Assembly: GCA_030770535.1 (NCBI GenBank)
Contig: JASVEC010000001.1
Coordinates: forward strand, 1,488,001-1,552,000
Length of the DNA stretch: 64,000 nucleotides
Direction: 5' to 3'
DNA from: Batkoa obscura
Lineage: Eukaryota
The position numbers and the translations under genes were made by a program. Below, in pieces: positions 12,410 through 23,408 of this stretch. Numbering within the stretch: the stretch's first letter is position 1; each line of letters starts with the position of its first letter. A model generated the notes under the pieces. It worked only from the letters and a program-made list of their open reading frames with translations. It did not search any database and was not told where the DNA came from.

Positions 12410-13136
12410 ATATAATAATATTTAAATAACTAGAATATAAGCTATAAAATTAGTTTTTATAATTTATATTACTTCATTAAACTATTTAAAACTATTAAAA
12501 GTTTGAGTTAATTTTAAAACTTTTTTAGTTAATTTATATAAATGGTAATATTTTATTAAAAATACTTTTAATTAAATGTGGTAATTTTTAAAATAATAAC
12601 TTTTATACATATTAAGTTTAAATCATAATTTTATAATAATTATACTTATTCAAATAAGCTAGTAATAAATAACCTAATTTAAAAATAAATATAAGCATTT
12701 TAAATCTTTTAAGCTAAAAATTGTTATAAGATATAAATATTATAAATAATTATCAGTAATAAAAAGTATTTTAAAATTTAGTGTTTTTTCAAATACTTTT
12801 TTTCAATAACTATCTTTTTTTAAATTTTAATTTGAGGTATTATAATCAATTCAATACAAAACCTATAAAGCTAATACTTTACATATATATTTATATAATA
12901 TTTTTATATATAATTGTAAAAAATGATCATTTAAAATTTAGTCTTTTACTTTTTGGACAAAATTTTTAAACACTGTATTTGTATCTTATAACACAAATTT
13001 GAAGCTATTTTCCGACGCACACTAGCGTCCTAGTTACTTAACAGGTTAAACAAATACAAATAGAATTTAATCTGTTTCTAATAATTCCTTAGTATATTTA
13101 TACTTTTAAAAATACTTACCATAATAATCACTATAT

Positions 13137-13234
13137 GGGGATGTATTTTTTTTGTTTAACAATTTTATTAACAATTTTTCTGCTCAAATGGCGCTTAAAA
13201 GATGGAAAAAGTGATGAAGCCAAAAGACATCCCC
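13137..13234 (-). mobile_element. MITE copy 5
   Basis: Reverse orientation; intact GGGGATG...CATCCCC ends. Confidence 0.85.
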
Positions 13235-13330
13235 ACATTACAAAATGTTTGATTTAGCCCTAGAATTTTCTCACAATCAAACTAAAAAAAAGATTATCAA
13301 AGTAGAAAATCATAGCTCTAAAATTTTATT

Positions 13331-14956
13331 TTACAGTTGTAAATATTGAGGGATAATAAGATCCTCAGTAATATTCAACATGTTTAAGTTAAAGGTTGCA
13401 GAAGAAGAATTATAAGGTGGTAAAGCCAAGACAAGAAGTTTGGATTTTGCTAACACTACTGCAGAATCAATAAGTTTAGTGTATTCTGGGTTTCTATTTC
13501 TTAGAAGAAATAACAAACAATGATATAAGACAGCAATCATAATATGGGAGATGTAATCTAAAGGCATTTTCAAAATATACTTGACCACATTTAAAGCGTT
13601 GGTAATCAATAAATTGGTATAAGCTTGAGTTGACGTTTGATTAATGATATGGAATGATTTTAAGGAAAGAGAAAAGAATTTGAAATAATTATATAAATAA
13701 TAACCTTGGCAAATGTAAATATCTAAAAGATTTGCGTACAGGATGCTTATACTTGTTAACTTGAAACTTTTGATTAATCTTTGGTATTTATTGAAACTAA
13801 TAGTAAAATCATTAATTATTAACTGAATATTAATATAGCAATCTTCAAACGTGACTAGTTTTTCGACTATTTGTGCTTTTATAAATATTATTTTATCAAA
13901 ATAATACGAAAACTCTTCCAGAAAGCTATTAAACGATAATGAACAGGTGTGAATAACACTTTGAGTTGATTTCAAATTTAGTTTCTTAAGATCAAAATCC
14001 ACTGAACTACTTAACTTATTGGGATAATCTTGAATAGTCGGATGCACAAAATAAGATGCAGTTGAAAACATAGTTACTATATAATTTATTGAATTAAATA
14101 CCATTTTTCTTTCAATCTTTACTTCTGAACTCAATTTTGGACATGTAAATTGCAATCCTAAAATGTCTTTAGCCTGGACCAAATAATTGATAAGTTCTGT
14201 AGCAAACTTAGCTATCCATTTAAACTGTCGTAATCCCAAAAGTAAAATAATAATACTTTGAAGAGTATTTAGAGTTGGTTTACAATTATATGGTGTTTTA
14301 AAATACGAATGCAGGTGAATTTCGCAATAGTTAACTAGCTCAACTGCCTTTTTATGCCTATTTGATTTCAATCCACATGCAATTATTGCTAGTTTAGTTG
14401 TGCTGTGACACATATTGAAATTGAAAGTTTGTAAGTTAAATATTGGCATCGTAACATGCTCAGTTTTCAGGTAATTTCTTATCCCTAAAAGTATAAGTGA
14501 AGGAGTATAATGAGGTTTCTCAACTTTCGGAAGTAATTCTAGTTCAGCCAAATACCTTGATACACTTAGTTTGTTCATTTGTACAGCTAAAGATACCATT
14601 AGTTCAATCCCCTTATTAAAATTATTTGATGGGGGATATTGTAAAAGTGATAATAGATTATCTTTCAATAGTTTTGAGGGTAGCATTGATACTAATGACG
14701 ACGCTGCTTTTACGGAAGTGCATAAACCCATACTAGTTTCAAAAGTATAATTGAAATTATTATCTATGTATCCATTTTTAGTTGATATTGAATCAGACGA
14801 TTCAAAGCCTCCTTTATGTTTCGTACTATTTTTATCATTTCCTATAGCGGTGCATTCTAGATTTTTCTGTTGGCAATGAATACATCTAGATAAAATACGG
14901 CCATTTCTTTTGTGATATTTACACTTACTACAGCGGTGTAATACCCTTCCAAGCAT
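13331..14956 (-). CDS. Zn(II)2Cys6-type fungal transcription factor-like protein (third Cys replaced by Gly)
   Basis: N-terminal CSKC-x6-G-x5-CIHC-x6-C, followed by a middle-homology-like region (YLKTEHVTMPIFN...TLNTLQSIIILL). First ATG at 14956. Confidence 0.7.
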   Translation of the reverse strand: MLGRVLHRCSKCKYHKRNGRILSRCIHCQQKNLECTAIGNDKNSTKHKGGFESSDSISTKNGYIDNNFNYTFETSMGLCTSVKAASSLVSMLPSKLLKDNLLSLLQYPPSNNFNKGIELMVSLAVQMNKLSVSRYLAELELLPKVEKPHYTPSLILLGIRNYLKTEHVTMPIFNLQTFNFNMCHSTTKLAIIACGLKSNRHKKAVELVNYCEIHLHSYFKTPYNCKPTLNTLQSIIILLLGLRQFKWIAKFATELINYLVQAKDILGLQFTCPKLSSEVKIERKMVFNSINYIVTMFSTASYFVHPTIQDYPNKLSSSVDFDLKKLNLKSTQSVIHTCSLSFNSFLEEFSYYFDKIIFIKAQIVEKLVTFEDCYINIQLIINDFTISFNKYQRLIKSFKLTSISILYANLLDIYICQGYYLYNYFKFFSLSLKSFHIINQTSTQAYTNLLITNALNVVKYILKMPLDYISHIMIAVLYHCLLFLLRNRNPEYTKLIDSAVVLAKSKLLVLALPPYNSSSATFNLNMLNITEDLIIPQYLQL

Positions 14957-15375
14957 ACTTTTGATTAGTTTTGAAAACCAAGTTATCAAGAAATCGGTAT
15001 ACCTTTTTTGTCGTTATATATTATAAATATTTTTCTAAATGTTAAAAATAAACTCTAATTTGATGTAGAAATATTTTATAAACCAGTTTGTTAAAGCAAG
15101 TTTTCATCGAATTACCTTATCGAGTATTGTGATATTCTCCTCACAATACTATAATTGGAATGTCCAAATATTTGTTCTAAGATTTAAAATTGCTACATTT
15201 TAAATACAAACTTACAAATCATAGTATTATTAGTTATCTTAAGTTTTATCAAATTTAACAAGAACATGTTTTTTGTGTAACGTTTAGCTAATATTTTTCT
15301 TTGAAATTTAAGCTATTTAGAACGTGGACAAAAAAACTCAAATGAAAAATGGCGTTCATTTAAGCTATATTATAT

Positions 15376-15467
15376 GAGGATGTTTTTTGGTTCCATTACT
15401 TTTTCCATTTTTTAAGCGCTATTTGAGCGGAAAGATTATTAGTAATTCTTTAAAAAAATACATCCTC
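15376..15467 (+). mobile_element. MITE copy 6
   Basis: Family core, ATAT flanks. Confidence 0.85.
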
Positions 15468-16182
15468 ATATATTCAATTTCCTGCTGCTTGAATGATAAA
15501 TTATTAAAGATAATTAATTTAATCACACTTAAAGTTTTAGGATGTAATAAATCTATTGTATAAGCAAAATTGTAATTTAATTTTATACTTAATAAGGTGT
15601 TCTAATTTTCCTAATAAATCAATATAAAATTGCAAGTGACATAAACCTGAAACCTTTTGTGAAAATTGTCATTTATTTTATAGTATAGGCTTCATATTAT
15701 ATCAAGATCAAATTCTAGATGCTACCACTTAATAATTAAAGTAGCAATTGTTATAAAGCTTATTTAAAGTGATTTTAGTAGCACTAGTTGACAAACATAA
15801 GTTATATTACTAATTCATTATCTAAGATTAATTAATTAAACTAAAGAAAAATAGTTTCATCAAAAAAACATAAAATCCAATTTACCATAAATACTAGCAA
15901 ATCAATCTAATAAGTTAGCATTGATATATCAGTTCACTTCTCGCTATAATGCTTGGAAAACACATAAATACTCTATTTTCAGTATTTCTATTTTACTACT
16001 TAATATCCTTGTCGATTATATTAGTATATGTTCTTATATTATATCTTACCCTTTATTTTATCCGAACTTCATACTATTTTGTTACTTTCGTTTACAAATA
16101 GTAATTTTGTAATGAACTCAGAATTAAATTTAATAACTTAATAATTGGGAAATAAAAACTTGAGCTGATAAAAAAACTTTAT

Positions 16183-16650
16183 TTACATAATAGAGATACG
16201 ATGAACTTTTTCAACATTTTGCTTAGGTACAATTAATTTAAGGACACCAAGCTCGAGGGTAGCAGAAATATTTTCTGGATTTACAGGAGAGGATAACTTA
16301 ACTTCACGATGAAGTTTCGAAGGCTCGAATTCTTTTACCAAGAATTTTGGTTTGTTTTCTTCTTTTTCTGAGTCGGCAGCTTCCTTAACCTTAGTTTCAA
16401 TGATTATGCTGTTGTTAGTAGAGCTATAATCAATTGAAAGATCGCTTTTCTCGTACCCTGGAATCAAAGCTTGGATCTGAAATTCATTTTCGTTTTCAAC
16501 TAAGTTTACTTGGATACTTTTGCTGCGGTTTTGTACCTTATGTGCCCCCTTATTGCCCTTCTTGTGTTCTGGGTTCAAATGGCTGAGCATAAGGAGCTCA
16601 ACTGGAGAGTATTGATCAAATAAATCAGTAATAGTGTATTGAGTAGACAT
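16183..16650 (-). CDS. Small heat shock protein (HSP20/alpha-crystallin family)
   Basis: VNLVENENEFQIQALIPGYEKSDLSI...ISATLELGVLKLIVPK, C-terminal I-x-I motif, TATA box at 16708-16714 (minus) and an HSE upstream. Confidence 0.93.
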   Translation of the reverse strand: MSTQYTITDLFDQYSPVELLMLSHLNPEHKKGNKGAHKVQNRSKSIQVNLVENENEFQIQALIPGYEKSDLSIDYSSTNNSIIIETKVKEAADSEKEENKPKFLVKEFEPSKLHREVKLSSPVNPENISATLELGVLKLIVPKQNVEKVHRISIM

Positions 16651-16788
16651 GTTTTGTGTTATAGATTTAATGCTCTTTCTTACTATTTCATCGTTTTATT
16701 GTTCATCTTTTATACTTTTTTTTCTATCTTGATATTTTTTCTTTGTTGTTCGTAGTAGTGACTACTTTTTCCTGTTCATCTCGTTAAC

Positions 16789-16803
16789 TTTCTGGAAGTT
16801 TCT
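16789..16803. promoter_or_regulatory. Heat shock element (HSF site)
   Basis: Perfect nTTCnnGAAnnTTCn (TTC-TG-GAA-GT-TTC) ~140 nt upstream of the sHSP ATG. Confidence 0.8.
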
Positions 16804-17001
16804 TCAATTTAGGCTACTAAAATTCTGTGTGATGAATTCACTGAAATATCAAATAGCCAATGAAAATTATTATACATACAATTATGGATTTTATTGGACA
16901 GTAAATTGATAGTCGAAGTTTGGCTAATATTTTTAATTGAGTAAACAATAAGCATTTCAGTATAACAAACAACATTTAAATTATAAAATGATTTTTTTAA
17001 G

Positions 17002-17727
17002 ATGAATAGCAACGACGAATTTTTTCGCTTTTTTAACAATATTGTAGAGACCATTTTTAACTCACATGATAGAACTTTTACTCAAGAACCAAACAACATA
17101 AACCCAAGGGAGATTCTGTTAAGCGGAGATGAGAATACAATTAAGGTGATTATATTGAAGTGAGATATTTACTTCTAAACATCTTATTTTAGAATTCCCC
17201 AAGAGATAATCTGATAAAGCGAGAAAGTACAACACCTCAAAGTAATTTTGTTTCATTTATAGTTATTTATATTTAACTTGATAGATGTGAATCCTGATCC
17301 AGTTAGTTTATTAGATATATTTTTTAATAAAGAATCCCCTTTTAATGTGTTGAATGAACCAGAGCAGCGATATTCGAACGAAAGAGAGCAAATTATTGCC
17401 CCAAGCAATACTGATTCATTGCTATTTAATCCGTTTCAAAATTTAAACACAGCCTTAGATAGATTAAATTCGATAGGCAATATAAATTTTAGTTACTCTT
17501 ATACTATGACAAGCTATAAAGATAGTGATGGTAACGTCCATACAAAGAAGGTTACCAAAGATTCAGATGGTAATGAAAAAGTTGAGGAAAGTTTTAAATC
17601 CAAAGACGATCCTGCCTCCTACACTCCCTCAAGTAACTTTGGTGAACTTATTGAGAATAATAGTGGTATCAATAGAATCTTTGAGGGATTTAGCTCATTA
17701 TTTAATAATTTTGGATTCAGGAACTAA
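17002..17727 (+). CDS. Hypothetical protein, HAX1/MLF-like C-terminal beta-hairpin
   Basis: 3 exons (17002-17145, 17193-17241, 17285-17727), 211 aa. NPREILL and SPRDNLIK motifs plus SYSYTMTSYKDSDGNVHTKKVTKDSDGNEKVEE. The gene model is solid; the family assignment is by eye only. Confidence 0.6.
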
Positions 17728-17823
17728 ATCTAAATAAAGAATTGTATAAAATTTTGTCATTTAATTTTGCAAATTTCGCAGAACTTCTTTTTCATATTAC
17801 TTTATTTAACTAAGTACCTTACG

Positions 17824-18132
17824 ATGGTGACTATTCAATTCTTTGCTGAAGCTGCAGAAAAATACGATTCTCATGAAGAAATCTTAAATGAAGATAAGTT
17901 AGACTTGGTTCTTTTACATTTATTTATCAAAAATCCACCATTTAAAGACTACTTTATGGTTAGATTTCCTTCAGTTAAATTAGCTCTCAATCAGAATTAC
18001 ATTGAGGAAGTCGATATTAATCAAGAAATAAAGATAGATGAACTAGAGCGTTTTTTAAGCTATTATTATGGGCATATAAAACTCAATGGGGAGGACGTTC
18101 TGGCATTTATCCCACCAGTATCCGGAGGTTAA
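17824..18132 (+). CDS. MOCS2A: Molybdopterin synthase sulfur carrier subunit (MoaD/MOCS2A-like)
   Basis: MVTIQFFAEAAE...LALNQNYI...DVLAFIPPVSGG* with C-terminal di-glycine. Confidence 0.85.
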   Translation: MVTIQFFAEAAEKYDSHEEILNEDKLDLVLLHLFIKNPPFKDYFMVRFPSVKLALNQNYIEEVDINQEIKIDELERFLSYYYGHIKLNGEDVLAFIPPVSGG

Positions 18133-18215
18133 TAAAACAGCAAAAATGAAATAAAGAATTAAAACAAAAGAAATACATTTTTAATTAAACAATAAAATAG
18201 AATCTTACAAAATAG

Positions 18216-18764
18216 TTACAGTTGCAATTCAAGAATATATGCATCAGTAGGCTCAATATTTCTATAATAATTGCCCACTCTTTCCAAAATCTTAAATCCA
18301 TACTTTAAATAAAATTGAATAGCTTCATCATTGTTAATTTGTACATGCAAATATATCCTTTTAAATTGACTATCCTTAGTTTTTTCTAGTATATATTCTA
18401 ACAGAGCACCACCTAATCCTAACCTACGATAAGGCGATAAAACCCCTAACGTCATTAAATAGATTGAACATTCTCCTTCTTCTAAAGTATCATCCAACTC
18501 ACTTGTGTCTACTCGACAGCAAATTGCCCCTACGCAGTTGTCTTTATAAAAGCCTAGCAATTGTCAAATCATATTTAAATTAAAATAAATTTACTTACAT
18601 AAACGGGAATAATCCCCTATAAGTAACACCATTTTATAAAATATAGGAGAATATGAGATTGGAAACAGAATACTATTTAAAAGCTTTAACTTCGATAAAT
18701 TAATTTCATTTATAGCTTCTAAGCGATAAGAATCTTTGGTGAGGGCTAAGCTATCTTCCAACAT
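18216..18764 (-). CDS. NAA50: N-terminal acetyltransferase Naa50 (NatE catalytic subunit)
   Basis: 2 exons (intron 18554-18598). LNSILFPISY, YLMTLGVLSPYRRLGLG, LHVQINNDEAIQFY, YYRNIEPTDA. Confidence 0.9.
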
Positions 18765-18974
18765 TTAGTAAAAAAAAAGGTTTGTGAGTTCTTGTTTATT
18801 GTTTATAGATTTTATTGGTGCTCATTTAAGCATAATATTAAATTGTCAATTGAGCCTTTTTATTAAATTATTATACCCCCTAAATTATTTTCAAAGCTAA
18901 CTAAAAGAATAACTAAAAGAATAGACTTTATATTATATTCGGCTTTTATTATAAAGAACTTTATAAATATAATG

Positions 18975-19844
18975 TTAATTTTGATTCTCCATCTCAATGC
19001 CAATTTGTTTGGATCTCCCACTACAAGCATTTAAAGCATTTTTAATAATAGTCTCAAAATCGTCCTTAATAAGTTGTTGAATTGCAGCATGGGTAGTACC
19101 ATTAGGGCTAGTAACTCTTCTTCTTAATTCCTTAGGATCTACTTCACCATCGAAACATTGATTTAAAACCATTTTAGAAGCACCTAGTGCAGTAACCGTA
19201 GCTAATCTTCTGGCTTGTAAAGGCTCTAATCCAAGACGTACACCTTCTTTCTCCATACATTCCAACATGTAAAAAAAGTAAGCAGGGCCGGAACCAGAAA
19301 TAGCAGTTATACTATCCATCAAATCTTCTTTGGTTACCCAAACCATACCTCCCTCACCAGCTATTGATCCCATGATCGATTCCACTTTGTTTCTTAAACT
19401 TTGATCTTCATTTTCATAATAAAAACCTAAGGCCCCTTGCCCTACTAAAGCTGGGGTATTGGGCATGCATCTAACAATCTTCAATTTTTCATAATTTATT
19501 AACCAATTTTTCATAGAATCAACTTTAACTCCCGCTACTAAAGAAACTAGTATACTGCTTTGTTCGTTCAATAAATCTGAGAGCCCATTTTCAGTCAATA
19601 CTTTTTTTGTTATATTAGGCTTTACTCCTAATACTATTGTTTCACTATTATCTGCCGCTTTCAAATTATTATCGGTTATAGTTACTCCATTAAATAAAGT
19701 CCCCAATTCCTTCCTTCTGTCCTCATTTGGCTCACTTATACTTATTTTGTTGGCTGGATACTTTGCCTTTAATAAACCGCCCACGATCGCTCCGCTCATA
19801 TTACCTCCTCCTATAAACGCTATTTTACTGTATTTTTGTAACAT
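18975..19844 (-). CDS. PRO3: Pyrroline-5-carboxylate reductase
   Basis: IAFIGGGNM, VRCMPNTPALVG, TAISGSGPAYFF, VTSPNGTT. Confidence 0.97.
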   Translation of the reverse strand: MLQKYSKIAFIGGGNMSGAIVGGLLKAKYPANKISISEPNEDRRKELGTLFNGVTITDNNLKAADNSETIVLGVKPNITKKVLTENGLSDLLNEQSSILVSLVAGVKVDSMKNWLINYEKLKIVRCMPNTPALVGQGALGFYYENEDQSLRNKVESIMGSIAGEGGMVWVTKEDLMDSITAISGSGPAYFFYMLECMEKEGVRLGLEPLQARRLATVTALGASKMVLNQCFDGEVDPKELRRRVTSPNGTTHAAIQQLIKDDFETIIKNALNACSGRSKQIGIEMENQN

Positions 19845-20632
19845 CTTTTATGAACAAACACCTTTGTTTAACTACTCAATCATTTTATATATCATCATTT
19901 ATTTATGCTTGAGAATATTGGCTCTGGTTTATTGGCTAATGTAATTTTACTATTTTTGTTTTATTGTTATGATTTCACTTAATCCTTAAATGAATTGACA
20001 AAGAATTAAATAGTCCCACCGTTCTAAATAAACGTCCAACTGCTTTTTATGCTGTCCTAAAAAAACGTATAAAAAGTGCAACTTTTTAGAAGGTAGCTAG
20101 GTCTGTTTGTTTAGTGGCTTCAACCAAATGGTTGCTCCTTACCAAGGGCCAAAAATTCAGCTCCTTATTAAGACTTTACTTTAGAATATAGCAAATACAG
20201 CTTACGGTTTCCTCATACTACATTAGAAAACTGTATTCAACTTCCAATCTAATTTTTACATATGCTTTGTCTTGATAATCTCTGGAACTACACGAAACTA
20301 TAGAACAAACATATTACGATTTGAAAAATGAGGGGTTACAAAAAAGCTACGGCCAATATTAAAAGCCAGGTTGAACTTACAATATTTTTTCCCAGTTTTG
20401 ATTAATGTTTGAATTTACAAATTTACAAGACTAAGTAAAAAAGTAAGAAAAAACAATAAATACCCATGAATTTTTATTTTATATAACATCCTACTGATAA
20501 TTTTTTTTATAGAAAAATATACTCTTTACTTATTATTTGTACTTAATTTACCTTTGGAATAAATAAAATCGGAAAAAAGTTGAACCTTTGACCTTGGTTT
20601 AAATTCACTTATTTGAATAATATTCTTTATAT

Positions 20633-20729
20633 GGAGATGTTTTTTTGGCTTCATTATTTTCTCCATTTTTTAAGCACTATTTGAGTGGAAAGATTGTTAG
20701 TAAAATTCTTGAACAAAAAATACACCCAC
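20633..20729 (+). mobile_element. MITE copy 7
   Basis: Family core, ATAT flanks. Confidence 0.85.
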
Positions 20730-21137
20730 ATATTTAGACAATATTAACAGAAATTTTGATAAAGTATAAATAAATCACACAGTAAATAAGTTATAAATCT
20801 ATTGTTTTATTTTTAAAAAGTTGAAATTTGTATTGTTAATTTATTATTGGTACCCCGGCATCTTTTTTTAAATCTTTTTCTCTTTATCATTTTACTCCTT
20901 TTTAAAAGTCCCAGATTTATATTAAATTTCATTAATATTGCTTTATAAACTTTAAAATTCTTCTAGATAATCATTATTGGGGCTGGGGCTGGGGCTGCTG
21001 ACGAAAAATCATACTGCTTCTTAATAAACATAAAATAATAACATATAATACCATGGTAAAACGGGGCCTCAAATACTATAAAAGAGAAGCCTAAGCAAAT
21101 GCAAACATTAAACAATTAAGTTTGATACTAAATTGAA

Positions 21138-22217
21138 ATGGTACAGAAGGAAATTTTGATGAAAACATTTGAGGTCATTTTTATTGCTACTTTGGCTGCA
21201 TTTTCACAAGCAGCACCAGCTGATAAAAATTCAACAAAATCGAATGATACCCCATCTAGCAAAGTTATCAATGGCTCTGACGGTTCATGGGTAAACTATC
21301 CATCCTTGGTTTCATTACGTGTTAATGGAGGACACTCCTGTGGTGGTGCTCTCCTGAATGCTAATACTGTTTTAACTGCTGCTCATTGTTCCGAACGTTC
21401 TCCTGGCTCTGTCTCTGTGTGGGCATATGCTGGCGGAAACCTACAAAGACGCCAATGGCTGCCACAAGAGCAGCAACCACAAATTCCACAAGGACAACAA
21501 CCACAAATGCCATGGTTACCACAAGAGCAACAACCACAAATGCCATGGTTGCCACAAGAGCAGCAACCACAAATTCCACAAGGACAACAACCACAAATGC
21601 CACGGTTACCACAAGAACAACAGCCACAAATTCCACAGGGACAACAGCCACAAACGCCACAAGAACCGCAGCGACCACAACAAGGCCAAGGTCAAGGACA
21701 GGCTAAAAGTGGACCAGATGGCTCATACACCGAGCATCGAGTGAGCCAAATCATTAAGCACCCTAGTTATAGCTCAGCTGGCTTTATTGAATATGATGTT
21801 GCGATATGGAAATTAGCAACCCCAGTTAGTACACGTAATTTTTACCAAATTGATACCCAAAATACAGGTGATCGCGAAGGTACTTCAACAAAATTTGCAG
21901 GTTGGGGAAGAGTTGATTCAAACGATCAACAAAAATTAGCTTCAAAACTTCAGGAAGCTAATCTCCCTGTATATTCTTTTGAGTCTTGTAATGCTGCTTA
22001 TCGAGGTTTGACCAAGTCTCATCATTTGTGTGCTGGTTATCGTGAAGGCCGCTCATCTGTTTGTCAAGGTGATTCTGGAGGTCCACTTGTTATTGATAAC
22101 ACTATTATTGGTGTTACTTCTTTTGTTAAGGACTTAAAATGCCTTAATCCAGACTATCCTTCTGTATTTGCACGTGTAAATACTTATGCTCAATGGATTC
22201 AACAAAATAGTAGCTAA
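21138..22217 (+). CDS. Secreted S1 (chymotrypsin-family) serine protease with internal Q/P-rich insertion
   Basis: Signal peptide (start may be 21159), activation site K|VING, HSCGG, LTAAHC, YDVAIWKL, CQGDSGGP. The residue-189 equivalent is Ser, so specificity is probably non-tryptic. Confidence 0.95.
   Translation: MVQKEILMKTFEVIFIATLAAFSQAAPADKNSTKSNDTPSSKVINGSDGSWVNYPSLVSLRVNGGHSCGGALLNANTVLTAAHCSERSPGSVSVWAYAGGNLQRRQWLPQEQQPQIPQGQQPQMPWLPQEQQPQMPWLPQEQQPQIPQGQQPQMPRLPQEQQPQIPQGQQPQTPQEPQRPQQGQGQGQAKSGPDGSYTEHRVSQIIKHPSYSSAGFIEYDVAIWKLATPVSTRNFYQIDTQNTGDREGTSTKFAGWGRVDSNDQQKLASKLQEANLPVYSFESCNAAYRGLTKSHHLCAGYREGRSSVCQGDSGGPLVIDNTIIGVTSFVKDLKCLNPDYPSVFARVNTYAQWIQQNSS
21453..21701 (+). repeat. 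Coding minisatellite (33-nt WLPQEQQPQ(I/M)P and 24-nt QGQQPQ(M/T)P units)
   Basis: Tandem units visible in DNA and protein between the catalytic His and Asp motifs. Confidence 0.9.
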
Positions 22218-22608
22218 ATAAACTGATTAGATTTTTTAATGATTCAAAGTTTTATGGTATTTTATAAAGTTTAATCATGTAGCAAATAGCTTCCTATTAG
22301 TAAAGGAATCTAGGATTTTTATACAACAAAGCCCAAGATTGGCCCCTCATTGTTTTAATGTTATTAAATGGATTATTTTGTTATTTCATTATTTGTTGCT
22401 TTAGATTATACTTTGATTGAAGAATATTACAAAACATTTGATATCAGTATAAGATAATTTCTCTAAAGTTTTATGAATCTGGATAATCTAAATACGTTAA
22501 TATTTTATTTATATAAATACATTTGTAAAATTAATTGTTAAATTTTATAATACAAACTGGGTATTTGAACGTAGCTAATTCGCTAATAAAGACTGTATCT
22601 TTATATAT

Positions 22609-22705
22609 GAGGATGTTTTTTTGGTTTCATTATTTTTTCCATTTTTAAGCGCTATTTGAGTGGAAAGGTTGTTAGTGAAGTTCTTAAACACAAAAAGACA
22701 CCCCC
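22609..22705 (+). mobile_element. MITE copy 8
   Basis: Family core and TIRs. Confidence 0.85.
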
Positions 22706-22813
22706 ATGTAATCTTTTTAGAACTTGAATATAAGTAACTGCATTTACAATTTACTTTTGTATATTTAAAAGGCTTTGAAAACTATTATTGACAAAACTTA
22801 GATGAAATTATGG

Positions 22814-23046
22814 CAGGGAGTGCTGACTGAATAGGCAGTAGTTTTTTTACTGTAAAAAAATTCTATTTTAGATAAAATCTTATTTCAAATAAAAGAATTA
22901 CTTAGAATTGGAATATAGCTATTATATACTTTTGATAATGTTAGGGTTAGGGCTAGTGTTTATATTTAATTAAATTTAATCAGCGATTTGTTCGATTAAA
23001 ATCAATACTTCAAGAAAACTACCATCTACCCAGTCAGTACCCCCTA
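22814..23046. mobile_element. Degenerate non-autonomous TIR element (second family)
   Basis: ~30-bp imperfect inverted repeats: CAGGGAGTGCTGACTGAATAGGCAGTAGTTTT / AAAACTACCATCTACCCAGTCAGTACCCCCTA. No clean TSD. Confidence 0.55.
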
Positions 23047-23077
23047 CTAATTTTGATTATTTGACTAGTTTATATAT

Positions 23078-23172
23078 GGGGATGTTTTTTTTGGCTTCAC
23101 TTTTCGATCTTTTAAGCACTATTTGAACGGAAAAATTGTTAGTAAAATTCTTAAACACAAAAATACATCTTC
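23078..23172 (+). mobile_element. MITE copy 9
   Basis: Family core; just downstream of the tRNA terminator. Confidence 0.82.
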
Positions 23173-23209
23173 GTATGCTTAGCATTTTTTAAACGATGAT
23201 CTTGTAAAA

Positions 23210-23281
23210 AGGTCACGCCGAGGCTCGAACTCGGATTACAAGAATCAGAATCTTGGGTGCTAGCCATTACACTACGCGACC
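23210..23281 (-). tRNA. tRNA-Gln (anticodon CTG)
   Basis: Minus strand GGTCGCG-TAGTGTAATGG...CAAGA-TT-CTG-AT-TCTTG...GTTCGAGCC...CGTGACC-T. 72-nt cloverleaf followed by an oligo-T terminator. Confidence 0.97.
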
Positions 23282-23408
23282 GCTTAAATCCGCCATTAAA
23301 GTGTAAAATTATAAATTAAACCAAAGAAGTGAAGAAAAAGTTAATCGTAATTTTGTTTGGTAAAAAAACAATATTTTAGATTTTCTATTATTTAAACAAC
23401 CTTAATAT

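Noticed and set aside
8587..17054. Short hydrophobic track ORFs (8587, 12781, 15921, 16809; also 45766 and 52865)
   Set aside because: Composition typical of random AT-rich DNA (I/L/F/K/N/Y), often non-ATG starts, no motifs.
22940..22956. TTAGGG x2 as a telomeric repeat
   Set aside because: Only two units, located inside a small TIR element.
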